A DNA stretch of 64,000 nt from Sarcophilus harrisii. Lineage: Eukaryota. The stretch covers positions 477,435,429 through 477,499,428 of the forward strand of contig CM109176.1 in the NCBI GenBank assembly GCA_048593225.1, written 5' to 3'. Every line of letters begins with the position of its first letter. Position 1 is the stretch's first letter. Under the pieces are notes generated by a model. That model saw only the letters and a program-made list of their open reading frames with translations. It did not search any database and was not told the DNA's origin. Position numbers and translations under genes: made by a program. This document shows, piece after piece, positions 25,960 through 38,407 of this stretch.

Positions 25960-28560
25960 GGAAGGTAGTAGAATTAAGAAGTATTGGGAAATGTTTTCCT
26001 CAGAGGATGGGATTTTAATTAGGTCTTGAAGAAAGCCAGGAAAGTCAAAAAGATTCCCAAAGATGAAGAGAAAGAACATTCCAGACATGGGGGACAGATA
26101 GAGAAAATACCTGGAGCCAAGAGATGGAATATTTTCACTGGGCTGAAGAGCTTGTGGTATAAAATAATCTGTAAAAAGACTGGAAAAGTAATGGGATAGG
26201 ATAAGGAGTTAGGATATGAAAGGCTTTGAATGATAAACAGAAGATTTTGTGTTTAATTCTGAAGGTGATAAGGATCCTTTGGAGTTTAGTGAATGGAGGG
26301 GTATGTATGACATGGTTGGATCTATACTTTAAGGATATCACTTTGGCAGCTGAAGGGAGGATATTTTGAAATGGGGAGAGGCTTGAGACAGGCAGAGCCA
26401 CCAGAAAAACAGGAATCAAGATGGTAAGATCTGGACTAGAGTAGTGGCAGTGTCAGAGAATAGATGGAGGCATATTTGAGCGATGTTGCAAAAGTGACAC
26501 CAACAGGCCTTGGCAACAGCCTGGATCCAGGGGTGAGAGACCGTGATGGGGCCAGGATAACTCCTAGGTGGTGAGCCTTAGGCACTGAGATGATAATGTT
26601 GTTCTCTACAGTAACAGCCAAGTAAGAGATAGAGAGGATTTAGGGGGAAAGACAATAAGCTCTGTTTCATGCATTTAAAATATCCTCTGAATGTTCATTT
26701 CAAGATGTCTGAAAGATAGTTAGAAATATGAAACTGTAGGTCAGTAGAGAAGTTAGCCAAGAAAAGGTAAATTTGAGAATCACCAACATAGAAATGCTCC
26801 ATGGCAACTGATGATATCACTGAGTGAAGTGCTACAGAGAAGAGAAGAAGGCTCACTCTGAGTGACACCTACAATTAGAGGGTATAAGAGAGTATATAGG
26901 GAGGGATAGTGATCCATAGTGTCAAAGGCTGCAGAGAAGTCACGGAGAATGAGGACTAAGAAAAGGCCATTACATTTGGTAACTAAGAGATTCTTAGTAA
27001 CTTTGGAGAGAGCAGTTTGAGTGGGATGATAAAGTCAGAAGTTCAGTTGTAAAATGTTAAGAAGTAAGCAAGAGGAGAGAAAATAGAAGCACTAGTGTAG
27101 ATGGTCTGGCCATAAAGCTAGAAGAGATATTATAGAATGATAGTGGGGATGGAAGGATCAAGTGAGGGTATTTTGGCGATGAGAGATACATAGATGTGTT
27201 TCCATGGAAGAGGGGAAAGAGCCAATAGTCAGAGAGATATTAAAGATAAATGAGAGAGTAAGGATGACAGAGGCCCAGTCTACTGAAGGGTGTGGGACAG
27301 AATGAGATCCCTTATGGAAAAGTGGGCTTTGATAAGGAACAAGGCTGACTTATCATGTGAAAGATGGGTGAAAGAGGAAACAGTAGTAGAAGGCATCTGA
27401 ATGAGATGAAATAAAGATGGGACAAAGGAACTCACAGCAAATAGCTTCAATTTTTTGGTAAAATATGAGGCAAGGTTCCCAGATAAGTGGGTGGGGGAAA
27501 AGGAGATCCCTGAGAAGTTTGAGAAGGGATGCAAAGATTTGGAAGAGCTGCTATGGGGAATGAGACAGTGAGTTGATTAAGAAGGTGCAGAAGGACAGCC
27601 TAGTAACAATGAGAGTCAAGTTGAGATTCTCTCCATTATCATTCAGCTGCAAGAGTGGGTGTCATCCAAGGCTGAGGCTTGTATGGTAGGGTACAATTGT
27701 TCGTAGGAAAAGGAAGCCAGGGACTAAAGAGAAAAAAACAGTGCAGAGCTGAACTGAGTTACCAAGGGATCAAAAATGTGGAAGAAAGGAGAGAGTGCCT
27801 AGTGTGTGGGGATGGCCTGGGAGAGAATCAAAGGATTGAAGGATTGGAGGTCATGATGTGAAAAGGAAATAAGGTTTGGTAAAGGAAGGCAGATGAAGAG
27901 GCAGGTGGTCAGAGAAGGATATTTCAGAATTCTTGAATATGAAGGTGGTGTATTTGTGGGTGATGGCAAGATCCAGAGTAAGCTCATCTAACAGAAGTGA
28001 GATTAAGAAGTAGGTCATGGGAAGTGAGTTGACTGAAGAACTGAGTGGTGAAGGTGTTTGATGGAGAATCAATATATGTGTTGAAGTCTCTTAGTAGGAG
28101 ACAAGAGTTTAAAGAGGAGAGAAAAATTGTGAGCCGGGTACCAAATTCTTTTAGGGAGGAAGGAGGGTGACTTGGATATCTGGACAAAGTCTACCTGGAT
28201 TTTGATAAGAGTGGGAGAGATAAATAACATGACCTTAGGGAGAGAACTTGAGAGTGGCAACAGGGAGCAAGGAACAGTCCAACTCCCCTGCCTTACCCAG
28301 TGAACTGAGAAGAATAAATAGAGGTGCAGCCTGTACTGGGTGGCCAGAGAGACAATCCAGAGGGCACAATGTAAGGGCTAAGTGGTGTTTGACTGGGATT
28401 TTGGGGTAGTAGGATTCAAGATGATCAGGAAAATGGGGTTCTGAATCATTGGTATGTGTAGGTCTAACCAGATGAAAAAATGTCCATCACTGAAGGCAGC
28501 ATTCTTCTTTTTATAAAAGAGGTTGTCTCCTGCCCAGGCAAGAGACAAGTACAATATGAA
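25960..28560. repeat. Unclassified interspersed repeat of about 2.6 kb, purine-rich on the plus strand. Related fragments lie at 9130–9300, 31200–31560 and 48280–48960.
   Basis: The copies share sequence with one another, e.g. 'gaggagtgaaggttgactcccaggttgtgaggatggtcat' versus 'gaggagtaaagggtgacttccaggttgcaaacctggatagc'. There is no intact ORF. The repeat family cannot be assigned from sequence alone. Confidence 0.5.
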
Positions 28561-28989
28561 ATGGAATACACTTGATTAGATAATCAAAAGGAAAACTTTA
28601 TTTCACTACTCCTCTTCACTCTAAGGGCTGGGATTCCATTGCATTTATTATCTGTATTATCTAGGAATTAATCATGACACTTTTATATTGTTCTTTAAAT
28701 AGTTCACATGCAATATATGTATATATATATGTAAAACATGTGCATAAAATATATACATAAAACATACATGTATGCATAGTATATTTGTGTATGTATATAA
28801 ATATAAATTTCTCCTTTTGGATATGAGTTCTTTGAGGGCAGAAAACATTTCTCATTTTTTTCATCACTGAAAGCCCCTTGCACAGTTCAATATCCATAGA
28901 AGGTGCTCAGCAGATGATAACGGTTGAATTGAATAAAGAATATGGTACATGCAAAGGCAAAGCTGTGCTATTTTCATTGTGACAAAGAA

Positions 28990-29470
28990 TTAGAAATTGA
29001 AAGGAGATTCTATCAATTAGGAAATAGATGGACAAAGTTGTACTTTATGTTTGTGATGAATGCTATTGTATTATAAGGAATGATGAAGGGATGGTTTTAG
29101 AAGAAATCTGGAAAGACTTTTTATGAATTGATGCAAAGTGAAATAAGTAGAACTGGAAGAATTATTTATACAATAACAACAGTATTGTAATGACAAACAA
29201 CTTTTAAAGACTTAGGAACTCTGATCAATACAATGAAACCAGCCTTGATTCCAGAAAACTCCTGATGAAGCATACTATCTATTTCCAAAGAGAAAGTGCA
29301 GATTGAAGTTTTTTTTTTAACATATAAGTTTAATGCAAGAATTTGTTTTTTTTGACTATATATATTTGTAATGGTTTTTGTTTTTGCTTTTTCAATAGGG
29401 GAGAGTAAGGTTAGAGGGAGAAAATTTGAAACTGGCAATAAAATAAAACTGATTTTTTAAAAAAAAAGTA
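28990..29470 (+). mobile_element. L1 3' end.
   Basis: It contains 'atcaattaggaaatagatggacaaagttgtactttatgtttgtgatgaatgctattgtattataaggaatgatgaa...', an L1 3'UTR and an A-rich tail. Confidence 0.8.
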
Positions 29471-29563
29471 AAGCTGTGGGAATAGAATACAATTTGTGTG
29501 GGGGTGTCCACTAACAAACTTGGCTCAAGAAGGTCAATTTTGAAAAATTGCATTAAGGCTTAC

Positions 29564-29686
29564 CTTCATCATTATATTCTCTAGCTGCTCCACCTCCCAA
29601 TCCATGTATGGTAGAAAATCTATGTCTTCTGTGGTGATAAGTTCCAAAATATTTGGATTATTAGAATCCGATGATATATTGCTATC
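29564..29686 (-). CDS. Coding exon translating DSNISSDSNNPNILELITTEDIDFLPYMDWEVEQLENIMMK, phase 0 to 0.
   Basis: The acceptor is 'ttgtttttattcag|GAT' and the donor is 'GATGAAG|gtaagc'. It is the only open frame and is phase-compatible with the large exon downstream. There is no clear homology. Confidence 0.45.
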
Positions 29687-29789
29687 CTGAATAAAAACAA
29701 GTATATTTAGAACTAATTTTTATAATAAAACTTTCATGATTCCATAGTCAGAAGACAGAAAATGCTAAGTCTCAAATTGAGAACACTCT

Positions 29790-30240
29790 TAAAATTAGAT
29801 GATGAAATCAATAAATGTCACCTTCCAGAACTGAAGCTAATCAAAATAAATCCATGAAATTAATTAACTGCAAAAGTGGATAAACTATTTCTATAACTAG
29901 ATAGCTTTAAAACAATCAGGAAAATAACCAAAATATAGCTTACTGAAGTCAATCCAATTCAACATGTGACAATTAGATGAGGGTTTATTTTCCATAAAGT
30001 GACAAAACTCAAATTAGAAAAATATAAAGAAAAGAAATTAAAATCAGAAAAATGAAATTGAAACCTAAAAAATGGAATCTAAGGATTAAACTGACATGAA
30101 ACACCGGGAAACAAAACTTATAGAGAGAAACCATAAAATTAAAATAATAGGGAATCAAGGGAAGGACTTGCATTTCAGATAATAGGGTATAAAACAATGT
30201 GTCTATTGATCTAAAGTACCTATTAATTTACACACCTGTT
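29790..30240 (+). mobile_element. L1 ORF2 N-terminal (endonuclease-region) fragment.
   Basis: The plus-strand translation resembles the L1 ORF2 start ('...ELKLIKINP.N.LTAKV...ISDNRV.NNVSIDLKYL...'), compared with L1 'LNINGLNSPIKR...ISDKAKAKIDLIKRDKEG'. Confidence 0.5.
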
Positions 30241-32120
30241 CTTGCAAGAACATAAAATAAAATCTTTTCTTGGATCAGAGGAGTTCTTGGCAAAGCATCT
30301 TGTTTCTTATAGACAAACTTTTGCTTATGTATTAAAGGCCAAGAATTTGGCTAGGCAAGGGAAAAAACTTGCCTTGTGGTCTTTTCTTCTACTTCTCATT
30401 TTTAAGAAAGAACAAAACATTTGGAATTGAGGATTTTTTTTTGGGGGGGGTAGGTTGGCTATCATTACCAAACTCACAGAATTCCTGAAAATGTGACAGA
30501 ATGGTAGCCATCTACAAGGAAATTAAATAGGGAGTAATTCTTATTCTAAGAATGAAGCCTCTTGCAGAAAAACTGCTTTTGGAAATCAATAAAAATCCTG
30601 AAAGCATTAATTAGATGGGGCAATTCTAGCTCTGTGATTGAAAGAGCATGGTACTTGGGACAAGGAATTTCCTTCTGAAGAGATACTCGTTTCCTGTTAT
30701 GGGCCAGAATTCTAAACTTGAAACAAGGATGCTTACAAGGTTCTAAGTGGAATTGAGGAGACAATGGTTATCTAGTTTAGCATGGTTCAGTATGATTGAT
30801 TTAATCCTACAACAAATAATGATTTCCTAGTGATATAATTGGTTTATACTCAGTGTAGAGCATATAAGGTAGGAGCCTCAGCTAGATTGATTCAGAGATT
30901 CAGAGAGGCAGAGACAGAGAAGACAAAGGACTGGCGGCAGGAGCTTAAGCTTCCAGAACCAAGGAGAGAAATTTAATTCCATCTTCCAGGTGGTGGGCCT
31001 GGCCTCCTGCACTTCCCCCACTAAGACCAACGCCAGACTGAAAGGCTCTCCAGAAAGCTGCCCAGCCCCAGGAAGGAGATAATAAAGGATTTGTACTTTA
31101 ACACCTGGCTACACTTGTGGTGATTACTGAACTGAAAAGAAGGCTGCTTCTAGAGACCCCGAGAAAATTCAAACTGAGAACATTAGTTTCAGCCAAGGCT
31201 CAATGGAACACCTATTGAGAGGCTTTCTGTTTGTATCTGGAGATGCCTTCAAGTAGTCAATTTGAGTAAGGGAGGGTCTAGCACCTCATCCCATGAAGGA
31301 GATAAAAAATTGAGGAGTGAAGGTTGACTCCCAGGTTGTGAGGATGGTCATACCCTCCATAATACTGGAGAAGTTAGTAAGAGGGGAGGGTTGAGTGGGA
31401 AAGATAATGAGTTCAGTTTTGTACAGATGTTGAGTTTAAGATGTCCGTGTGGCATCCAATTTGAAATTTCTAATAGGCACTTGAAGATGTGAGACTGGAG
31501 GTCAGGAAAGAGTTAGGACTAGAAATAACAAACCAGAGAACTGATGAGATAAAAAAATTGAAAAAAATAGAGGAAGAGAAAAGTGGTCAGGTCAGAGCTT
31601 CAGTGGACATTTATAATTAATGGCAAATCCTGCATGAAGATCCAGCAAAGGAGACTAAGAAGGAATGATCAGACAGGTCCAAGCAAAACCAAGAAAGTAT
31701 GTTAAGGAGAAGAGGGTGATCAAAGAAACTACTCTCCTTATTGTAAGGAAGAAAGAGCAACTCAGTGGAGATTACATTTCAAGTCAGAAGCTAGAAGCAG
31801 AGAGGAACTCTGCAGCCTCGTGACCAGTGAAGCTGTGACATTTCATGACAGTGATCATGAAATCAGCAGGTTACCATTATGTAGTGGCTTTGTGAGATTC
31901 AAAAAAATAAAAAAAGCTGCCCCTGATGGGGTTACACACTTCTTATGTAGAAATACTACTAGTCTTACAACTCCAGAGATTATGTATTAAAGGTGAGGAG
32001 TTTGGCTAAGCAAGGAAAAGAATTTGCCTCTTGGTCTTTTCTTCTACTGCTCGTTTTCCAGAGAGTTGTCTCCAATTTAAACCTAAACTAGCTTATTCCC
32101 AAGAAATGCTAAAATGAGCC

Positions 32121-32156
<36 letters not shown>

Positions 32157-32159
32157 GTT

Positions 32160-32285
32160 GCTGAGGCAATTGGGATTAAGTGACTTGCCCAGAGTCACAC
32201 AGCTAGGAAGTCTTAAGTGTCTAAGACCAGATTTGAACTCAGGTTGGTGCTCTATCCACTGCCCCACCTACCTGCCCCAAGGCTC
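32160..32285 (-). mobile_element. tRNA-derived SINE flanked by long poly-T tracts, nested in the ERV.
   Basis: It contains 'gctgaggcaattgggattaagtgacttgcccagagtcacacagctaggaagtcttaagtgtctaagaccagatttgaactcaggttggtgctctatccactgccccacctacctgcccc'. Confidence 0.9.
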
Positions 32286-32319
<34 letters not shown>

Positions 32320-32994
32320 CTTTTTCTATTTATTCTTTAGTAAGCATACTCAGGTCAATTCTCTCAGACTGTACTGTTTGTGGAATCATAAAGAGACCAA
32401 AATTTCATAGTCTTAATGTTCTCTGAGACTTTTTTTTTTTTTTTTAAAGAAGATGCCTTTTTCTACTTAACAACATTTGGATCAATTGATATAAGTCTTG
32501 AGACTGTCTTGATTAGCATATTTTTAGATGAATCTGAGACCTGGTCAGTCTGGCAGATTCCACTTGGCTTTTCCTTGATCCCTCCTTGATTCCTTCCTGA
32601 TTCCTTCTCCTTACTTCCTGGATCCTGCCTCTGCTCCCCTGAGAATTTAAAAATTATGTTTTCCCAAGAACAAGTTGTTTATTTAGTATCACTGCATTGC
32701 ATAGTTGTATTTGCTTGAGCCTGTGAAGCTATTTTAACATAAATAAAATAGCAAACCTTTGTAATCTGTGATGGATATGTGACTTATTTCTTCAGGTCAA
32801 TTGAACTGTAGCTGAATCTCTAATATACTATTTTTATATAATATTCTTTTACAATTATGCTCTCCTAAATTTATTTCATATTACCACTCCTGGTACCTTT
32901 TTTTTTTTCCACTTCATTTGGATGATGACCGCTGGTCATATGTGTTCCACATTTCCCATTAGTGTTAGAATTTTGGGGAAAATGTGTTCCAGTC

Positions 32995-33285
32995 TCTGAA
33001 GGAAATAGTTTATTAAAGGGCAGCTGAGTGACATAGTAGATAAAGCACCAAGGTCTGGACTTAAGATCTGAGTTCAAATCCAACCTTAGACACTTATTAC
33101 AGACACTGTGTAGCCCTAGGCAAGTCACTTAACTGCTGTCAACCTCATATTCCTCATTTATAAAATGAGAAGAATAGAAATACCTACTTCCCAAGACTGT
33201 TGTGAGGATCAAATGAAATAATTGTAAAGTGCTTAGCATAGAGCCTGACAAGTAGTAAAGTAACATGTAGATGTTACCTATTATT
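32995..33285 (+). mobile_element. MIR-type SINE (tRNA-like head plus MIR core).
   Basis: It contains 'gggcagctgagtgacatagtagataaagcaccaaggtctggacttaagatctgagttcaaatcc...tcatttataaaatgagaag...ttgtgaggatcaaatgaaataattgtaaagtgcttagcatag'. Confidence 0.85.
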
Positions 33286-33689
33286 TTTATCATCATTATT
33301 GTTGTTGTTATTGTTGCTATTTTTCTTATACTCTTTTGTTAAATGCTTTTGCTTTGAATTAATTGTATCTTCTAGTTAACTAATAAATGTAAACATATCA
33401 ATGTGATGTTTTGAGCTATGATGTTGAGTAGTTAATTTGGGATGTGCCAGGACTTCTATCTCCTACTCAATTGCAAAGAGAATGGCGCTTTTGGGTTATA
33501 GACATTAAGGATTGTTTCTATTCTATCCCTCCAGATAAGGAGGTTAGGAGGATATGAAAAGATTTGTCTTTTCAGTGCCCAGTGTTAACTTAGCTGAGCC
33601 CTATAAAAGATATGGACAGTTTTGCCACAGGGAATGAAAATTAGTCCTACTATGTGTCAAATGTATGTTGCTGCTGCTCTTACTCCAGT

Positions 33690-34335
33690 AAGAAAAACAT
33701 TTCCTTGAAGGGATGCCCACCAATTGGAGAACGGCTGAATAAATTGTGGTATATGAATGCTATGGAATACTATTGTTCTGTAAGAAATGACCAGCAGGAT
33801 GAATACAGAGAGGCTTGGAGAGACATACATGAACTGATGCTGAGTGAAATGAGCAGAACCAGGAGATCATTATATACTTCAACAACAGTACTACATGATG
33901 ATCAATTCTGATGGTCATGGCTATATTCAACAATGAGAGGATCCAAAATAGTTCCAACTGATCTGTAATGAACAGAACCAGCTACATCCAGAGAAAGAAC
34001 ACTGGGAAATGAGTATGGACCACAACATAACATTTCCACTCTTTCTGTTAATGTTTGCTTGCATTTTTTTTCTTCTCAAGTTATTTTTACCTTCTTTCTA
34101 AATCTGATTGTTCCTGTGCAACAAGACAACTGTATAAATATGTATACATATATTGTATTTAACATATATTTTAACATATTTAACATGTATGGGACTACCT
34201 GCCATCTAGGGGAGGAGGTGGGAGGAAGGAGGGGAAAAGTTGGAACAGGAGGTTTTGCAAGGGTCAATATTGAAAAATTACCCATGCATATGTTTTATAT
34301 ATAAAAAGCTATAATAAAAAAAATTAAAAAAAAGC
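33690..34335 (+). mobile_element. L1 3' end nested inside the ERV.
   Basis: It contains '...GERLNKLWYMNAMEYYCSVRNDQQDEYREAWRDIHELMLSEMSRTRRSLYTSTTVLHDDQF' plus the typical L1 3'UTR ending 'ataaaaagctataataaaaaaaattaaaaaaaag'. Confidence 0.9.
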
Positions 34336-34339
34336 ATTT

Positions 34340-34560
34340 CCAAAAGTTATGTTATTACATTACATGGATGATATACTGGGGTGTGCACCTGAGGAGCAAA
34401 TATTAGAAGCATGTTTACATAAGACCATAGGAACACTAAGGAATTACAAATTGCATATAGCTCCAGAAAAAATTCAAAGGCACACTCCTTTTCAATATTT
34501 AGGATATGAAGTATATCCTAAGGTATTGGAACACATGGGAGCCACCTGATAGTGGCTGCT
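34340..34560 (+). pseudogene. ERV pol reverse-transcriptase fragment carrying the YMDD active-site motif.
   Basis: The ORF 34349..34549 reads 'MLLHYMDDILGCAPEEQILEACLHKTIGTLRNYKLHIAPEKIQRHTPFQYLGYEV', the retroviral RT 'YMDD ... QYLGY' signature. Confidence 0.8.
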
Positions 34561-35189
34561 GGAGATCCAACCCAGAATGGATCTTATCTTGTAAGAGGAT
34601 GACACAAGGAGATTAAGAGGCAATTGCTATTCTCTGATGTCTCTGACTGAGAGGCCGCTGCATTGTCTGACCTCTCTCCTCCTTCCTCTGCCTCCAATTT
34701 ATCTCATTCCCAGTCCACAACACCGTGTCAGCAAAGACTGCCCTGCAACTCCTTTAGATGTTATGATCCACAGCTGTGGAGGCTCTTGGAGAATTGACCT
34801 GTCCTGTAACACTAAGGTGCTTATAGTACAAAAACTTTCTTTAAGAACAGAAAAGATGGCCTTCTAACCATGTTAACCATAATTCTTTATTTCAAGAAGC
34901 CCAAGAATCTTGTTCTAAATAACATCAGGCTCCTCAAGCTTTATGTTTGCGATTTGGGATAACAAAAGAGGAAGCTAGGAGCATAGTAAAAGCCTCTACA
35001 GCTTGCTTTCCTTTCCACGTTCCTATGCTCCCTCCAGGAAAGAATGCTTGTGGTTTGAGACCCAGTGAAATTTAGCAAATAGATGTGACTCGTTATAAAT
35101 CTTTTGGCTGTCTGTCTTTTATCCATGTTGTAGTAGACACCTTTTTTCAGGATTCACTTTTGCAATACTAGCAGCAAAAGAAATGACCT

Positions 35190-35445
35190 GAGTGGTCACT
35201 AAGTTCCTTAGACAAGCTTTTGCAATTATGGGTGTGCCACAAGAAATAAGAACAGATAATGGACCTGCATATACTTTTAAACATTTTGTACACTTTTGTG
35301 CACCGTATAAGATTTTACATACCACTGACATACCTTTTAATCCTCAAGGACAGACAATAGTAGAGAGGAAAAACAGAAACATTAAGACCCTCCTCCAAAA
35401 ACACAAGAAAGGGGGAGCCACAGGTAACCTAGAGAACTTCTAAAT
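35190..35445 (+). pseudogene. ERV pol integrase catalytic-core fragment.
   Basis: The ORF 35192..35443 reads '...GVPQEIRTDNGPAYTFKHFVHFCAPYKILHTTDIPFNPQGQTIVERKNRNIKTLL', the DDE integrase core ('TDNGP...NPQ.QG.VER.N'). Confidence 0.85.
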
Positions 35446-35769
35446 CTAGCTCTTTATACTATTACCTTCTTGATTTTTGACAAAGATGCACTGGCTCCAG
35501 TAGACAGGTTTTATAACCCACCAGAAAGTCAGTGTCCAGTGCGAGCAGCTCCACTTTCTGTAGATAATCACCAGGTGATGTAAAGAGACCCAGAAAGTGG
35601 TGAATGGAAGGGACCAGATAGGTTAACTGTTTGGGGGAGAGGGTTTGCTTGTATCTCTATAGATGGAGAAGGAATAAGATGGGTGCCATCCTTGTCCATC
35701 AGAGAGAGACAGAGTAGACCCTTGAAACGAAGGAGAAGACCCAAGAAACATCAGGTTCCATCTCTGATA

Positions 35770-36230
35770 ATGTGTGCCACTGAAAGAGCCTGGCTGTTAA
35801 CCTATATGTATGGCTATTGACTGATGAACATCAAAAATTGTCAATGAGACTGCTGCAGGACTTCAAAACCTGCAGGAATCATTGGATTCCCTGACATATG
35901 AAGTAATGGACAATAGATTGGTTTTGGACTATCTCTTGGCTGCTGAAGGAGGTGTATGTATGATTGTTATTTATATACTCTCCTTTTAGGACTTATGGAC
36001 ACATATAATTCCTCATGTTGCTTCATGTTTTTTGTAACATCACTACTAGCCTGTGTTATATTACTATGTGCTTGTGTAATACCTCCTATGCTGATGGATT
36101 TATGTATACTTGTTTCAAGTAAGACCCCTCAGCCCAGAAGAAACCTGCTAACAATATCTGGTTTGACTCCCCATTTCCCTTTGGTGTTCTCACCTCCCTT
36201 CCTGAGAAGTCAAGGGAGGGTATGACCACC
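35770..36230 (+). pseudogene. ERV env transmembrane subunit remnant with an immunosuppressive-domain-like motif.
   Basis: The translation includes '...NRLVLDYLLAAEGGVCMI...' and the ORF 35956..36225 reads '...DTYNSSCCFMF...LLACVILLCACVI', a gamma-type TM 'LDLL.AE.GG.C' plus a CC motif plus a membrane span. Confidence 0.7.
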
Positions 36231-37475
36231 TGTGTTCTAAAATAAAAGAAAACAGGAGATGTAGAGGGCTGGAACTCTGGAGAAATATACTTGAAACAAG
36301 GATACTTACAACAAGTGTTAACTTAGTGTGATTGTTGAGATGATGGTTCTCTAGTTTACATATACTTAGTATTTAGTATGGTGATGTAATGGTTCTACAA
36401 TTCACACATACTAAGAATGCTGTAATGATGTAATTGTAATAGGGTATTTAAGGGCTGAGAGGATTGGAAATAGAGGCATTCCATCTTTGACCATCCTCCT
36501 GGTGGCTTTCCTGCTTACTTCATTCCTTCACTAAGACCAAGACTGGTCCCATAATCCTCCAGAGCTAGTGTAGACACTACAATTTTGGGCTACCCATATT
36601 AGTTCTTCAGACAAAAATATCCTTACAACAAATTCAGTAGAACTGAACAGTGTTTTGCAGTTAATCAGAACTTAATAATTTGTTGAATTCTAATCAAGGT
36701 ATCCTATTTTTACAGGAAAGTCTAGGAGTCATTGATCAGCACAGAATGGTTTACCTTGCATTGGTTCAGCTAACATAAAATGATTACCCTTCAAAAATCA
36801 ATACAAATTTCCTAGCAGGTAATCCTGCCATCAAGGTATTTTCTTCAGATCCTGAATGTTATCCTAGTAGACCATCATATTCTATGATATGGGTTCCATG
36901 CTAGTATTCTAGCTTTTATAAAGCTGAGGCAGCCAAATATACAAAGACAATAATTAACAATAGATAACACCCCCCAGGTTGTCTTTCTAATTACCCACCA
37001 TCATAGGAATGAACTGTCATATTTTAGTAGGTTCTATTAATAGGTACTATTATGCCCACTGGAGCCATGGAGATAGTCTATCACTTCTGCAATGGTCAAG
37101 AAATTAGCCTCAATCTTCAGGTCTACTAACTTCCTCACTAGAGGAGAAAAATATTTGCATTATCTGTCTTAAAAGAATGTGTTTAAGAAAAGACTTTTAG
37201 CTGGAAAACTCTACTGGAATGTGAGATGTTGTAATTTTCTATTAATAAAACAAAGGTATATAATTATTAATAATAAATCTATGCTTTGTAATATTCTAGA
37301 AGATAGGTTTTCTAGTAAAATGTCAAAATGTTAGTTTTCCCAATTCACCACATAAAGTGCATGTCAAATTTAATAACAATATAATTAAATATAAATATAT
37401 TTAATAGCCCTATTTGCTTATTTTATCATTTAGATAATTAAAATAATTTAATTACTTATTAATAATAATACTTAC

Positions 37476-37571
37476 CCTTTTCTCAACTGCCACAAAACTT
37501 GTAAATTGTGTTATAATAGAGTTCTCCTTACTGAGTTTAATAATCAGAGACTTCAAAATTTGCTTCTTCAT
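37476..37571 (-). CDS. Coding exon translating MKKQILKSLIIKLSKENSIITQFTSFVAVEKR, phase 0 to 0.
   Basis: The acceptor is 'ccaacctag|ATG' and the donor is 'AAAAGG|gtaagt'. 'KQILKSLIIKLSKE' aligns to VWA5A 'SKALRTLKRSLQP' immediately after the previous exon's homology. Confidence 0.5.
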
Positions 37572-38407
37572 CTAGGTTGGAACATTTTAAATAAAAATAT
37601 TATATTAAACAGATGTATTTTGTATTTAAGGTGTAAGAATAATTCACATAGACATACATATTATGTTCTTTTAAAATTCTGGTTCTTATTACTTCTTTAA
37701 TGAAAATTCTAGAAAACTGTTTTTCCTTTAGATAAAGAAGTATGATCTCATGTTCAGAAAGAACATTGGACTTGAAATCAGAACATATGGGTTAAAGCTT
37801 TGGCTTTCCCACATTCTTCAATATGTCATAATCTCTCAGCTTTGGTTTCCTCATCTATAAAATGGGCACAATACTATCTGTTTTAAGAATAAAATAAGAA
37901 TGTATGTGAAAATGTTTTCTAAACTGTAAGTTTCCATGCAAAAAAAAAAAGTTTTCTTTCAGATTTTTCACTTTCATAAGGTGTCTCTGTCACCCACCTA
38001 ACAGATCTGATAAATCATATAGAAAAGAATAGAAAAGACTTTGATAAAAATGAAAGAAGGAAAGCTGCCTAATTTCAAAAAAAGACTAAAAAAATCTTGA
38101 AAATAATTTTTCAGTTCATCAATCCAAAAGTCTAATAATTTAGTATTAAGGTTAATGTAAGATCTCTCTCCCTAAAAGTAACCGTTGCCTCCCTGGAGTT
38201 TGGCTTTCCCACATTCTTCAATATGTATGTCAACATACATAACAGCTCTAAATTCTCTCATTATATAATCTTCTTTAAGACAAATTTTTTTCACCCTAAA
38301 AAATACATTTATTTCTTTATTCTGATTCCCTAACTTCACATATTGCTGGCTACATCAGTTTAAGATTTTCTAAAAATCAAGGCATACTTTCTATAGAAAG
38401 AACAAAC

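Larger units (their letters stand above)
30690..36600 (+). mobile_element. Degraded endogenous retrovirus provirus, gamma-like. It comprises a 5' LTR (~30690–31200), an internal region, pol, env and a 3' LTR (~36270–36600). It is itself interrupted by SINE and L1 insertions.
   Basis: The two terminal LTRs are homologous to each other and to a third copy at 53.4 kb ('...gaaacaaggat.cttacaagg...ccactaagaccaa...'). Between them lie an RT 'YMDDIL', an integrase core and an env TM domain. Confidence 0.75.

Noticed and set aside
27984-28187. A minus-strand ORF containing 'LLLRDFNTYIDSPS', reminiscent of the LINE endonuclease 'GDFNTPLS' motif.
   Set aside because: The ORF is a Ser/Leu/Pro/Phe-rich translation of CT-rich sequence with no other EN or RT motifs nearby. 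The purine-rich strand of the element is the opposite one. Most likely a chance match.
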